Assembly (NCBI RefSeq): GCF_006345805.1 | Contig: NC_043005.1 | Span: 73,532,001-73,596,000 of the forward strand | From: Octopus sinensis | Lineage: Eukaryota | DNA: 64,000 bases | Direction of reading: 5' to 3' | Shown here: positions 13,196 through 26,529 of the stretch, piece by piece | Numbering within the stretch: the stretch's first letter is position 1 | Layout: every line of letters begins with the position of its first letter | Notes under the pieces: generated by a model | What the model saw: only the letters and a program-made list of their open reading frames with translations | Told to the model about the DNA's origin: nothing | Database searches by the model: none | Made by a program: the position numbers and the translations under genes

Positions 13196-13372
13196 AAATA
13201 TTTCGCACGCGCATTCACAGCAAACAAAGCACAGGGCCAGATTTCAGATTGTGTAGGTATCTTTTTACCCACTCCAATGTTTACACACGGCCAGTTATAC
13301 GTCGCTATGACTAGAGCAACGGACTCCAGTAATTTTAAAAGTACTATTGATCAAGCAAAAAAAGTTTTGTAA
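13196..13372 (+). pseudogene. Pif1-family (Helitron RepHel-type) helicase C-terminal remnant
   Basis: Manual translation KYFARAFTANKAQGQISDCVGIFLPTPMFTHGQLYVAMTRATDSSNFKSTIDQAKKVL* resembles the Pif1 motifs (T-x-N-K-A-Q-G-Q...F-T-H-G-Q-L-Y-V-A-x-S/T-R). It has no ATG, so it is absent from the ORF track. Confidence 0.8.
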
Positions 13373-14435
13373 TCATGTTGATATTAGCGAAAGGAATATG
13401 ATTCATAATTTAAATAAGGAAATTTGTGAACTTTGAATGTATAAGAGTATAGACAAGCGTAAAATAGTGTAAACAACTAAAATAAAAGTATATCTAAATA
13501 ACATTGTTTTCTTAATACGTTTTATGTAGTGGTCGAAGGAAGCTCTGGCTTTCGTTAGGAGTGGTCCACATAACCATTCATGATACAGAAGCTGGGATCC
13601 TATTTCAGTTCGGGAGCGAATCGTCATCACATGTCACTTAGTCGCAAACACATGTCATATAGCTGCAACTGAATGCTATATCACTAACAATAATGTGATT
13701 TCTCTAAGACATTCACCCAGTAATCTATCAAGTCCGTTTACATATTTCTCAATACTATTAATGCTATTAAGAATCCCCTCCCTCATTTTATGCCTCTGTC
13801 GTAGATGGGTAGATATGCTAGTATCCTGTAATTCACACAAATTCAGTCGATCCCTTACTGTTTTAGTCAATTCTACTGAGGCGGATAACTAACTCAAAAA
13901 GCAAGAATACCAGAAATACTAAAATAAGATTTCTTCAGCTACGAAATTCTAGTCTCTCTCATTCGGCATTCAAACCCCACTGGAGTTAAAATAAATAATT
14001 ATACAATATTTTTGTTCCATATTTTCTGGTTTTGGTGAAAGTTTCTGGCTTCCATACACTTCTCAATTTCATCTTTAAAAATCACTAGTCTTAAAACGAT
14101 GCTGTTTTCATAAACATTGTTTCTATGGAAATATCGATATTTTTGAAAGTCAATATGCATCTTTATCTCAAGCCTTAAACAATGACGACGTTTGGTTCCA
14201 GGTTTTCAACGAAATGATCTCTAGTTCTCTTTTCCTCTTAAAGTGAGGAAGTGTATGTAAACTGTTGCAAAAGTGATGTAAGGAAGAGCACCGGTTTTCG
14301 GTGATGTTTACATTCATATGCAAACGTACACACGCTCGTAATTACACATGCATACATACATGCATAACTACACACACGCACACGCATACATAAATACATA
14401 GATATAGACAGGCAGATAAACAGACAGTTTGCTAA

Positions 14436-14465
<30 letters not shown>

Positions 14466-14466
<1 letters not shown>

Positions 14467-17400
14467 TGTTTCTTTATTAGCCACACAGGGCTGCACACAG
14501 ATAGAACAAATTACAAGGTAGAGCTTTTCTTTTGGGGGTAAAAAAAAAGAGAGTGGTGGTTTTCGATCAAAAGGGATCGTAAAAGGAAAGAATAAGGACA
14601 AAAAAAAGGGAGGGGTTTAAAAAAGGGGGGGGAGAAAAAATAAAATGAATAATAGGGATCGTTATCACAGAAATGTCAATATGAAGTGTAAAGGGGAGGA
14701 CAGGTGAGGTTTACCCGTGGAAAGAAAAGCCTACGGAAAAGACCACGGTAACCTCGGTCAATGAAGTCACATGTTATATTTCTTTTTTTTTTTTTGCAAA
14801 TAAGCAACTCTCTGTATTAATTTTTATGGTTCATAGAATCATAGTCAAGGTGGCTTCGTCATTCATACGTGTCATCCTTGCTACATTCACCCATCTTTTT
14901 TTAAAACATTCACTAGACAAAACTTGCCTCTCTACTCTCACTTTCCTCTTCAAGTGATACTTGAAGAAGTTGATGAGAGATTGACCAGAGAGGAAAGTGT
15001 TTGTCTCTAATCCTTTCAGGCGCGTCCACCAGATACATTCTTTCGCCATAGCCACAAGTATGATAAAAATAGCTCTTCCTTCCCGTTTGAAGGAAGGAGG
15101 CGTGACGATATTAACGATAGACTCGGCTGATAAACCAACACGTCCCACATGTGACAGCAGTCGTTCGACATAAGCCCACAGGTCGGTAATTGCTGGACAC
15201 TGCACGATTGCGTGCAGAGCGGTTTCGTCGCTCTGCCCGCATCTCGGGCAGGTCGGCCCCGTGTTTCTCGAGCCATGCCTATAGAGCTTATCCCGAACGG
15301 GTAGCGCTTCTCGGTAGCACCGCCAGGCCAGGGATCTCTGGAAGTTGTCAGGTATTCCTCGTCGACGCCCAGGTTTGCCCCGAGCTCGTCGTTGTACCTC
15401 CCCTCCACTAATCCCCTATAGAATGCTTTGGTTGTGTTGAAGTCACTCAAGGTCGACCCGGGACGGCAGAGTTGCTTGAGAGCAACGCGACACTCGCGGT
15501 GCCATTCGCCCTTCCTCGGCCTCTTTTTGATCCACGACTGTAGTTCGGTCATGGAGACGAGTTGCGGGAATGCGTGCCTCACAAACGGCGACCACACCTG
15601 TTCACCGTCGTCTACATAGAGCCGGAGATGTCGCAGTCTCAGCGCGTGTCTGCGCATCATCAACCACGGCATGCCCAGCCCTCCTTTTAACGGGTGTTGA
15701 CAGCAAATGGATCGCCTGACCATCGGGACGCATCCTTTCCACAAGAAGCGGAAGAGGATGCGTTCTAGTTTGGTGATGGTAGGGTCGGGACAAGGTACGA
15801 CGGTCAGGCGGTAGTAGATGATGGACGCGATGTACGCGTTCACCACCTCCGCCCGACCTTTTAGGGACAGTTTCCTCTCGGCCCATTGCTGGGCGAGAGT
15901 GACCACCCTACTCGTTATCTCGTTCCAGTTCTTCTCCATTTGGAGGTCCGGACCGAACCAGACCCCGAGCAACTCAACCGGGCCGTCTGTCCGGCGTCCC
16001 ACGACGGAGGTACTGGTGGACGGCATGGGCTTGCTTCTCCAGGTGCCGAGCCGCAAGCCCACTGACTTTTCCCGGTTGATTTTTGCTCCTGTCACCGCTT
16101 CGTAGTCTTTCAGTGTCTCGCCGACCCGCTCGATATGCTCGTGGCTTGACACTATGACGATGACGTCGTCCGCGTATGCAGACACGCCCGTCCCGCATCC
16201 CAATTCTCGCGGGATGCCCCTTAGAGTCGCCAGCTTCCGCAGTAGTGGCTCAAGAGTCAATACGTATAGAAGCGCCGAGAGGGGGCATCCCTGACGGACC
16301 GAACGTGCAATGTCGAAAGGTCTCGATAGATATCCATTTACGCGAATTACCGAACGGATGCCTCTGTACAAGGCAGCTATCCAGCCGCGGAAGACGGGAC
16401 CGAAACCAGCCGCTCTCAGGACTGCCTCCAAGTATCGATGGTCTACCCTTTCAAAGGCTTTCGATTGATCCAAGTTGATCAGGGCCCCACCCATGCCAGG
16501 TTCGTTAACTACCCTGTCTATGATGTAGCGCATCAGATGGAGGTTGTCATGGATGCTCCGGCCCGGCACGGCGCACGTTTGTGCGTTGTCGACCAGTTTC
16601 TCGATGACAAGCGCCAACCTCTTGGCTAACACCTTTGTCAAAATTTTCAGGTCTGCATTGAGCAGCGTGATTGGTCTAAAGTTATCTATAATGTTTCCCT
16701 TGTTTAAATCTTTCTTCAGCAGAGTTACAGCTCCTCGACTCACAAAACCGGGTATGCTCCCGTTTTGCTGCCAGTTGCAGTATGCCGCTGCCAAGACGTC
16801 TCCAAACAAGTCTGGCATACAATTGTAAAACTCGTAGGGTAGACCATCCAAACCCGGTGATTTGTCCCTCGAGCATTCTGCTATCGCTTCCTGCACTTCC
16901 GCCGCCGTGATGGCACCTTCGCAGCACCCTGCCTTTCTTGTCGAGAGTCGTGGCAGGCTATGTAGGTAGGCACTGAAGTCCACCCTACGTTCTTGCCCTC
17001 CACTCGTCCCGAACAGTCGGGCAAAATGCTGCTGAAAGGCCTCACACATTTTACTTGGCTCGAGCAATTCGGGCCCCTGTTCATCTACTAGTGACCGAAT
17101 GGTGGCTTTGTTGCCCTGTTGCGCCTCTGCCACCCGGGCCTCTCTCGCGGCTCCAACACCTTCGTTCCTTAGAGCACGCATCCTAGCTCTGACAGCACAT
17201 CCTTCGTGTTTGGCGTTGAAGTGTTGGTCGAGGGCCAACCTCGCCGCCAAAACGTCGGATGCGATGCCGCTTCTAATTGCCTCTTCTAGCTTCTTAACTA
17301 GCTCACCCTCTACTCTATTTCTATCTATGGCTAGTGCTTTGCTGTACCTAATCGCTTCTGCTTTTACTGCTCTCTTGAGGGCAAACCACCATTTGTTGTT

Positions 17401-18071
17401 GATGATGGCTCCCGTCAAAGCCCTCTTTACTAGTGTGCTAATCCGGTCTCTGAAAACTTGTCTGGACGGGAATAAGGCGTTCAGTTTCCAGTACCCAGGA
17501 CCCTGTCTATGTGCCTTATCTAAGTCTAGCGTACACGTCACCAATTTGTGATCCGTGTAGCTGACTGTGTGGAATTGTGGACATCCTAAGTTATCCTTGT
17601 CTACTGTCCTACACAGTATCCTATCGAGATACGATCTCGACGACCCACTGCGGTTGCTCCATGTCCACGTTGGTGCATTTGGGTGGTCGAGTCGGTACCT
17701 GTCAGACAGTTGGAATCGTCTGAGCAGGTCTCTGAGGCATTTGCATCCCCTTCTGTTTCTGTCTCTACCCACGTAGTCTACATGCGTGTCCAAGGTAGCA
17801 TTCCAATCCCCCACTAAGAGTAAAGGATGAGACGTTCCCAATAATACTTCTAGACGTCGAAAGAAATCCGCCCGACCTGTTAAGGGCGGTGCGTAGACTG
17901 ATACGAGTCGAAAAGCGCACCCATTGCTGCCGTCAACATCCAGAACGATCAGTCTACCCTCCGGGTCTACGAATATCGTCTTGACTTCGAGATCCAGGCT
18001 CTTGTGAAAAAGTACCGCGGTGCCACTACCGCCCATCCTCGGCAGACAGGGAGCGAAATAAATGTTAAACT
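14466..18071 (-). mobile_element. Tx1/L1-clade LINE, 5'-truncated within the APE domain, inserted in (GATA)n
   Basis: ORF2 has APE motifs (SVYAP, GDWNA, SYLDRI), RT motifs (PGLDG, NFRPITLLN, DQSKAFERV, RQGCPLS, YADD) and a C-terminal CPRC...H...C knuckle. The 3' UTR ends AATAAAGAAACAT followed by (ATCT)n, and (GATA)n lies on both flanks. Confidence 0.95.
14831..18071 (-). pseudogene. Tx1 ORF2 (APE endonuclease and reverse transcriptase), one frameshift near 15350
   Basis: Uninterrupted frame from QFNIYFAP to LGVDEEYLT. A second frame resumes at DNFQRSLAWRCYREALP...CPRCGQSDETALHAIVQC...TLTMIL*. Confidence 0.9.
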
Positions 18072-18134
<63 letters not shown>

Positions 18135-18136
18135 TC

Positions 18137-18222
<86 letters not shown>

Positions 18223-18273
18223 TAGATAGATTACATAGATATATCAGATAGATAGATGAGATAGATAGACTAT

Positions 18274-18355
<82 letters not shown>

Positions 18356-18360
18356 TAGAT

Positions 18361-18430
<70 letters not shown>
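18072..18430. repeat. Long (GATA)n microsatellite
   Basis: Direct reading. Confidence 0.97.
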
Positions 18431-18444
<14 letters not shown>

Positions 18445-18937
18445 AAGACAGACAAACAGTCAGATAGACAGATAGACAGACAGAGTGACAATCAGAGATG
18501 GAGATTCTGCTCAGTATCCGTCTCTAGAATTCCACTCGTCGTATATTGAGTCAAACACGGCTGGAGTAGAAGACACTTTCCTTGGGTGCTGTACAGTGGT
18601 AATAGAACCCAGGACGTTCAGTGCATTTATCTAAATATGAAAATGGGTTAATGATGTATTTATTTCTATGTAGGTTCCATTCATCTTCTATTTTTTCTTT
18701 ATTCTCAGATTAGAGACTGACAAGATATAGCGATCTGAAATGTCTATTGAATATCCAAGAAAAAGAAAAAGTATGTTTACATCACAGCTTAATAGTAAGA
18801 AAAGCGCCAGGTTTCTATAATTGAGAATTTTTAATACGGATCACGATATACACACGAACATATGTACACATACATACATGATTACCTACATACATACATA
18901 CATATGTGTATATGATTTAATTAATGCTTTTTTCATG

Positions 18938-19048
<111 letters not shown>

Positions 19049-19740
19049 ATGTATATGCTTGTGTGATTACGTGATTACATGTGTTGTTTAAAGACATACA
19101 ACGAACTGCTAGAGGACAGACCGGCGAATTTGCGAACAAAAGGACTGGAATATTATTATTGGTAATAAGAAGAACCAAAGTGCTATAAATGAATGAATAT
19201 TTTCTACAATATAAGGTTTCTTTAATTAAATCCAGAGATATGCTTTTTTTACTTTTATTTTACAATTATTAAGTGATAATTAAATACCTGCAACGTCATT
19301 TGGAAACGGGTTTCGATATGGTTTCAGACAATTTTCGTATTATATATTTCATGTTGATTACTGAAAATTTAATGTAAGCAATAAATTAAAATACGAAAGT
19401 ATATCTCTCAGAATATTTAATAATTAAAATTTTGAGTGTTTTGAATTGCATAGGAATCATAAATTGAATAGAAATTAATCAATAATTAAATAGTAATTTG
19501 TGTTACAAAACCCAGTAAGATAATGAAAATATTTTTCATAATGATCTGATTGGAATTCAGCCAGACATTTTGTTAATATGATTCAGTCACCGAAGGGCTA
19601 TGTAAGGCTCTATCTAAATAGCTCTGGACATTTACCGTTCATAAAATAAATACCTGTCAAGATTCATGTTCGATTTGATCTAACGTAGCATCCATCCACT
19701 AATGAATTCCCTTTATCCAGTATTAAGAATCGATGTTCTG

Positions 19741-19782
<42 letters not shown>

Positions 19783-20214
19783 CTAGAGGTAGGAATGTGT
19801 ATGATCACGAGAAAAGACGGGGTTGGATCTACACTATTGAGATGCTGGCTGAATATTTCACTTGAAATATTTATTTGCATTGTTAACCCCCGAAGACTCC
19901 ATTATATATAATAGGCGACCTATTGTAAGCCTGACCATTTCATTTCGCCATACATCATTAACATCACAAAGGTGAGATAACTCGAGAGAGTAAATTACTG
20001 AATCGCTACTTTATAATTCGAATGTTCAAATCTTTGCAGTCAATTGTATATTCTTCATTTGGTTGTAGGAATCAGGTTGCAGGTTTTTATAGTAAAAGTC
20101 AATAAGGTTAATTATCTATAGAATCACACTCTTTCTTCTGACTTAGCTTCCAATTGACATTACTGCACTAAAATTCAAGGGTTATAAACCACGTCGAATA
20201 AACATTTATTTGGA

Positions 20215-20380
20215 TACTCAGAAACTAGGTTTTAATTGTATCTTACTGCATGGACTGCGGTTATAATTATTTCCCTTTTCCAGAGAATACCACAACATAA
20301 ATAACAGAAAGTGTTATCTCCAACGCCGAGAAGTCACGTTATCTCTTTTGGTTACATTGACTTATTTTGCATTCATCTTG
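20215..20380. repeat. Unclassified about 165-bp interspersed repeat (family H), copy 1
   Basis: TACTCAGAAACTAGGTTTTAATTGTA...TTATTTTGCATTCATCTT recurs at 22334-22490. Confidence 0.8.
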
Positions 20381-20436
20381 TATATATATATCTGAAGGTA
20401 ACAATATAATACAAAAATACTAGTAGTGTTTAGGTG

Positions 20437-20470
<34 letters not shown>

Positions 20471-20473
20471 ATT

Positions 20474-20644
20474 GGCGTACGAGTGGGTGTGTGGTAAGTA
20501 GCTTGCTTACCAATCACATGGTTCAGGGTTCTGTCCCACTACGTAGCACCTTGGCCAAGTGTCTTCTACTATAGCCTCGGGCCGTCCAAAGCCTTGTGAG
20601 TGGATTTGGTAGACGGAAACTGAAAGAAGCCCGTCGAATATATA

Positions 20645-20676
<32 letters not shown>

Positions 20677-20903
20677 GTACGCGCGTGTATATATTTGTGT
20701 ATCTGTGTTTGTCCCCCTAACATCGCTTAACAAGTGATGCTGGTGTGTTTACGTCCCCGTAACTTAGCGGTTCGGCAAAAGAGGCCGAGATAATAAGTAC
20801 TAGGCTTACAAAGAATAAGTCCTGCGGTCGACTTGTACGACTAAAGGCGGTGCTCCAGCATGGCCACAGTCAAATGGCTGAAACAAGTAAGAGTAAGAGT
20901 AAG
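20474..20903 (+). mobile_element. SINE family A, full length
   Basis: tRNA-like head, internal (TA)n, and 3' GGCGGTGCTCCAGCATGGCCACAGTC...GAAACAAG with (TAAGAG)n tail. Confidence 0.9.
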
Positions 20904-21247
20904 TGTCAGTAAAACCCATCACACACACACAGACACATGCGCACACACACACACACATACACACGCACGCACAAATACGAATGCAGGGAGAAAGAAAAGT
21001 AAGATAGGTTGAGCTGTAAAAGGGTAAATAAAAGAAACTCGAGGAAAATTTCTTGATTATTCATAAAATAATAAGGCTTTTGGAAGTTAATGATAGAAAA
21101 CCATGAAATATATATTTTCTTTGTCAATTTTCATTTTCTAGAGATGCTATGAATTCCTCATATATAGCACTGAACGTGAAATATTAGGAAAACATCTCTT
21201 AGGAAACTATATTTTTTGTTATACACTTTACATTTCAACTCCATTAA

Positions 21248-21515
21248 ACTACGGCCATGCTGGTGCACCACCATGAATTTTAGTTGAACGAATCGATCCT
21301 GGGACGTCCTTTTATAAGTATGGTGATTAGTTTACGACGTCTTTTGCAGAACTGCAATATTGCAGGGACATAAACGCACCGACATTGGTTGTCAAATGGT
21401 GGTGGGGAGTCACACCCTCAAATATTCACACACACACAAATATATACACACAGGCATACATATATATATATAGGTGTATATATACATACGACGGGATACT
21501 TTCAGCTTTCGTCGA
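21248..21515 (-). mobile_element. SINE family A, diverged fragment
   Basis: Reverse complement of the 3' half (GGCCATGCTGGTGCACC; ACGACGGGATACTTTCAG). Confidence 0.65.
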
Positions 21516-21705
21516 TAGATAGGTAGATAGATAGATAGATAGATAGATAGATACATACATACATACATACATACATACATACATACATACATACATACAT
21601 ACATAAACATACATACATACATACATGCATACATACATACATGCATGCATACATACACACATAGACAGATAGCTAGCTAGATATATTATATATATATATA
21701 TATAT

Positions 21706-21808
<103 letters not shown>

Positions 21809-21924
21809 TTAATCCTGCATACATAACTACTTAAGTTAGTGGTACTTGTTGCAGCAAGCCAATACAAGATTAAAGGACGCGAGCGCAGCTGTTTTAGTAC
21901 GAAACATGGCTAGTATGATAATCC

Positions 21925-22110
21925 TTTCTACTAAAGACACAAGGCCAGGCATTTTAGGAGAAGAGTCTAGTCAATTACATCGACCCCAGTGTTTCACTGG
22001 TACTTATTCATCATTGACCCCGAAAGGATGAAAGGCAAAATCAACTTCTCAGAACGAAGCGATGAGCGAAAATACCGCTAAGCATTTCGTTCAGCGTGCT
22101 AATATTCATC
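21925..22110 (-). mobile_element. SINE family C
   Basis: CATCGACCCCAGTG...TGGTACTTA...GACCCCGAAAGGATGAAAGGCAAA. Confidence 0.8.
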
Positions 22111-22288
22111 GTGCAGGTTTTCCAGCAAACAAACAAACACACCGCTCCAACATCATCACATATCGTTCAAAAGTCCAGTGACAGTTAGGAAAGAGGTGAT
22201 GAAGACAAGTAGAGACTGCTACTGGAAGTCCTCTGCTTTGACCCTGTACAAAGGTGAAGATAGGGTGATGACCCTTTTTTACAGCCGC

Positions 22289-22333
<45 letters not shown>

Positions 22334-22490
22334 TACTCAGAAACTAGGTTTTAATTGTAAGGGCTGCGGTTATAATTATTTCCCTTTTCCAGAAACTACT
22401 ACAACATAAATACCAGAAAATACCATTTCCAATGCCGAGAAATCTCGTTATCAATTTTGGTCACATTGGCTTATTTTGCATTCATCTTAT
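22334..22490. repeat. Family H, copy 2
   Basis: Direct-orientation copy of 20215-20380. Confidence 0.8.
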
Positions 22491-22498
22491 ATACATAT

Positions 22499-22584
<86 letters not shown>

Positions 22585-22760
22585 TATAATATATACTATA
22601 GTATAATGAAATATTAAAATTACTAAGTCTCCTAACTATATATATATATATATATGTATGTATGTGTGTATGCATGTATATATATGTATATATATATACA
22701 AAATGTATATATATCTCTCTCTATATATATATGTATATATATATAGATATATAAAATACA

Positions 22761-22890
<130 letters not shown>

Positions 22891-23696
22891 ACAGACTGTT
22901 GCGTAGGTGAAGATAAGAGATGGCCCATTTTTGCAGCCGCTTATTACTGAACCCTCATTCGCTGAAACAGTGAGACAGTCTAATAGCATCATGTGATTTT
23001 AAATATTGTTTACCTGATTTAGCCCTGACAGACATTAACCTGACAAATCCATGACCATGGAATATTCAGAATCAGAATAGGGATATTTTTTCATTCTCTG
23101 GGAATTGTTCTGCTATATGTTAACACCACCTCATTTCTCTCGATATTTCACTGCGATAGCATAATTTCTATTGTTTGAAATCTTCAAATTTGTTATGTAG
23201 TTTTATATATTCTCTTTAGGCAAGAACGAAGCAATTAGAAGCAACGTAATTAACTGTACCTTCACAAGTACCACTTTAATCTGAAGTTATTCTTCTCCAT
23301 TGCTTCATTGTATGTCTTTCGTTGTTTATGATATAAAAACCTTTTCACAGAACAGCTACAGAAAATTTTTCGGTTTTTACTTATATATATCCTATTCATA
23401 TCCTTCTGAGTCAATGAAGAGAATGTTCTTTATCTTTTTTTCTTGTTCTATCTTATCAAGTATTAGTCATATAGGAGTTTATCGTGTCATTGTTATATCT
23501 GGCAGTCCCGTTTTCGGCTAAGTTTTTTGTTTCTTTTAACAATTACTAGTTTATTTTGTTTTTGTTGTATATTTTTCTCTCCCTTCACAACGTAACATTC
23601 TGTTAACTACACACACACACATGTATATTCTTGTCTTGTTTGCCTTGAAAACGGCTGTTTCCATTATATTCTTTTTATTATTCAGTAGATATTTTA

Positions 23697-23925
23697 AGGC
23701 AGCAAGCTGGCAGAATTTTTAGCAAGCCTGGTGTAATATTTACCAGCATTTCGTCCATCTTTACGTTCTGGGTTCGAATACCACCGAGGTCGACTTTGCC
23801 TTTCATCCTTTCGAGGTCGGTAAAATAAGTAGCCGTTGAGCATTGGGGTTGATGTGATCTATTAACCCACCCACCCTCAGAAATTCAGGCCTTGTGCCTA
23901 TAGAGCTAAAGATTATTTACGAGCT
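23697..23925 (+). mobile_element. SINE family C
   Basis: AAGGCAGCAAGCTGGCAGAA head, GAGGTCGACTTTGCCTTTCATCCTTTCGAGGTCGG core, GGCCTTGTGCCTATAG tail. Confidence 0.85.
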
Positions 23926-24569
23926 ATTTTAAGGCAGTGAGCTGGCAGGATTATTTATCAGATATTATAATTTCCAAGAGTATACACTTTAAATACGTTT
24001 CAAGTTTCAGAGTAGGTCAATCCCCTTTTATTCGTAGCAAAATAAAGATTTCTGTGTAGTATTTTAAGTGATGAATTCTAAATGCAGTAATCCTTGTTCA
24101 TATTTTCCTATTTATTGCTGTCAATATTCTAAGCATACTATTAGGAATATTATAACTTTAAATTACAAACGGGGTTGACTGCACTATTATTTTTCATAAT
24201 CCTTTTCTCCACATCGAGTTCTGTTTGAGATATCTATGTAACATTTCTTTTTACATTTCTCTTTCAATTGTATGAGTTGTAGTTGTTGAATTAGATTCGT
24301 CAGTTCTATTGCTATTATTATTTCTACCAAATAATGTGAGTGGACATGAAAAAAAAAAACAAAATTGCATTTTCTAACCTTCTTTCATATATAATTCCAC
24401 TCGTGCGGTACCTACAACTTCACTCTGTTATATATATTATATATATATATATATTATATATATATATGGACTGCCATATTAGTTTGGCATTTAGATATTA
24501 TTCCAATACCCCCGCCGCGGTAATCTCCTTTAGAGGGACTAAGAAAATATAATAATAAATAATATATAT

Positions 24570-24624
<55 letters not shown>

Positions 24625-25167
24625 TATATATACAGAGAGAAAGAGAGAGAGAGAGAGAGAAAGAGAGAGTTATAAATTTTATTTCGAAACACGTTGACAG
24701 CGTAGAAGTCCTCAAATCGAATTTGATGCGTTAGATAAGTATAATGGATATAATAGAAAAGGTTCAAATCAGGCGAACTACGGTTAACACACATATATAT
24801 ATATATACGGGTTTAGCTGAGATAGAAATAAGAATTGCCCAAGCTGAAACATATATTAGAGATATAACAATATAAACATATAAATATATAAAAATATATG
24901 AATACTAAAAATACACTTGGATATATAAATATATGGATATATAAACGTAATCATAATGGAATATAGATAGAAATAATAATGGAATATAGATAAAGCGTTT
25001 TTCTTTTAAAGTAAAATATGGTATAGAGAGAATTATAGGCATTGAAAGGAGTCTGAGGTTACATGTTAGAAGAAAATAAAGTACTCAAACGATCTTTTCT
25101 GGGGTTCATTCGTCCAACTCACAAATGAATGTTACGATTCATTTTCCTTCATCAGGGAAAAATTATG

Positions 25168-25223
<56 letters not shown>

Positions 25224-25266
25224 CGTGTGTGTGTGCGTGTGTGTGTGTGTATATGTGTATATGTAC

Positions 25267-25300
<34 letters not shown>

Positions 25301-26028
25301 ATGTATGTACATGTAAATATATATGTATGTATGTATATAGATGCATGTATGTATTTATGTGGCTTTGCTTATGTGTTTGTTTGTGTGTGTTTGTTTGTTT
25401 GTGTGTATACAATTATGTTTTGTGTGTGAGTGTATGTATGCTTATGTCTTCTTGTCTTGACATCACGTTAATGTTGCCAGTGAGTGTCCCTGTCGTACAA
25501 GCAGCGTCGTTCATATCCACATCACGAATGCCACAGTTGATGTGAGATTCGTCCCAGAGATCGAGACGAGAAAGCGCAACGTAGGACGAGAAAGAATTTG
25601 TGGTTTTTATACTACTTTTATCTTCCGTGAGAAACGTCTAGTTAAGGTGTACTTAGAACAAGATATCTGATGGTTGGTAGAGGAAATGTACTACGAGATG
25701 AAAAACGAAAGTACAATAAAGTTGGGCAGATTGTGCCAGAATCCGATTGAAACTTTTAACCTCAATGGGCCATTAAGATAATGGAAGCCATTCCCGACCG
25801 CTAAATAGCACCAGTTCGTTTATGTGAGTAGACAGCAGAAGACCAATATTCCATTCATGTGGAGCTAGGTTCCTTCCAGCACTGGGGGTATAGACCGCTT
25901 CGCTCAATGATATCGACAACGATTTTAACTATGTATGCAACAACGACACCACTAACAACAGCAAACACGAGAGAAATGAAAACAAGAAAATAGCAGCAGC
26001 AGCAACAACAACAACAGCAGCAACAACA

Positions 26029-26395
26029 GGAGGCGCAATGGCCCAGTGGTTAGGGCAGCGGACTTGCGGTCGGAGGATCGCGATTTCGATTCCCAGACCT
26101 GGCGTTGTGTGTGTTTATTGAGCGAAAACACCTGAAGCTCTACGAGGCTCCGGTAGAGAGTGGTGGCGACACCTGTTGTACTCTTTCGCTCCAACTCTCT
26201 CTCACTCTCTCTTCTTGTTTCTTGTCCCCGACTTCCTACGCAACCACTGAACCTGGATGCGCATTCATCCATCCATCGATGCTCTGGTTGTCAGCGGTTG
26301 ATCTGCTTTCTCTTCTGCGGGTCTTACGAATAGCAAAAGGACCGCGTTTCGGACTTCTCCCACTAGCTCTGGGCCGAAGACCGCTTCGCTCAACA
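26029..26395 (+). mobile_element. tRNA-derived SINE (head H1, tail Ta)
   Basis: A-box-like TGGCCCAGTGG, B-box-like TTTCGATTCCC, and a (CAAA)n end. Confidence 0.88.
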
Positions 26396-26399
26396 AACA

Positions 26400-26430
<31 letters not shown>

Positions 26431-26529
26431 GCAACAACAACAACAGCAGCAGCAACAAAAGCAACAACAGCTGAAGCAGCAACGACCGCTGCAACAACTA
26501 CTAGAATAACGTCAACAACAATGTGATGG

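Noticed and set aside
13676-13870. TSISTHLRQRH as a BED zinc finger of a hAT transposase
   Set aside because: There is no CxxC partner at proper spacing and no other hAT motifs or TIRs.
18072-18138. N-terminus ([10 protein letters not shown]...) of the 1040-aa ORF as a real start
   Set aside because: It is the (ATCT)n flank read in frame. LINE homology starts at 18071, and the last roughly 110 aa of the listed ORF are out of frame after the deletion.
24508-24530. GCCGCGGTAAT resembling the conserved SSU rRNA 515 region
   Set aside because: The match is only about 11 nt with no flanking rRNA similarity.
25100-25156. CTGATGA on the minus strand as a hammerhead core
   Set aside because: It is not followed by a closing stem II plus GAAA, and has no stem I partner.
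26029-26100. SINE heads as genuine tRNA genes
   Set aside because: A/B boxes are present, but they continue into shared SINE bodies and I could not fold a full cloverleaf with an acceptor stem.
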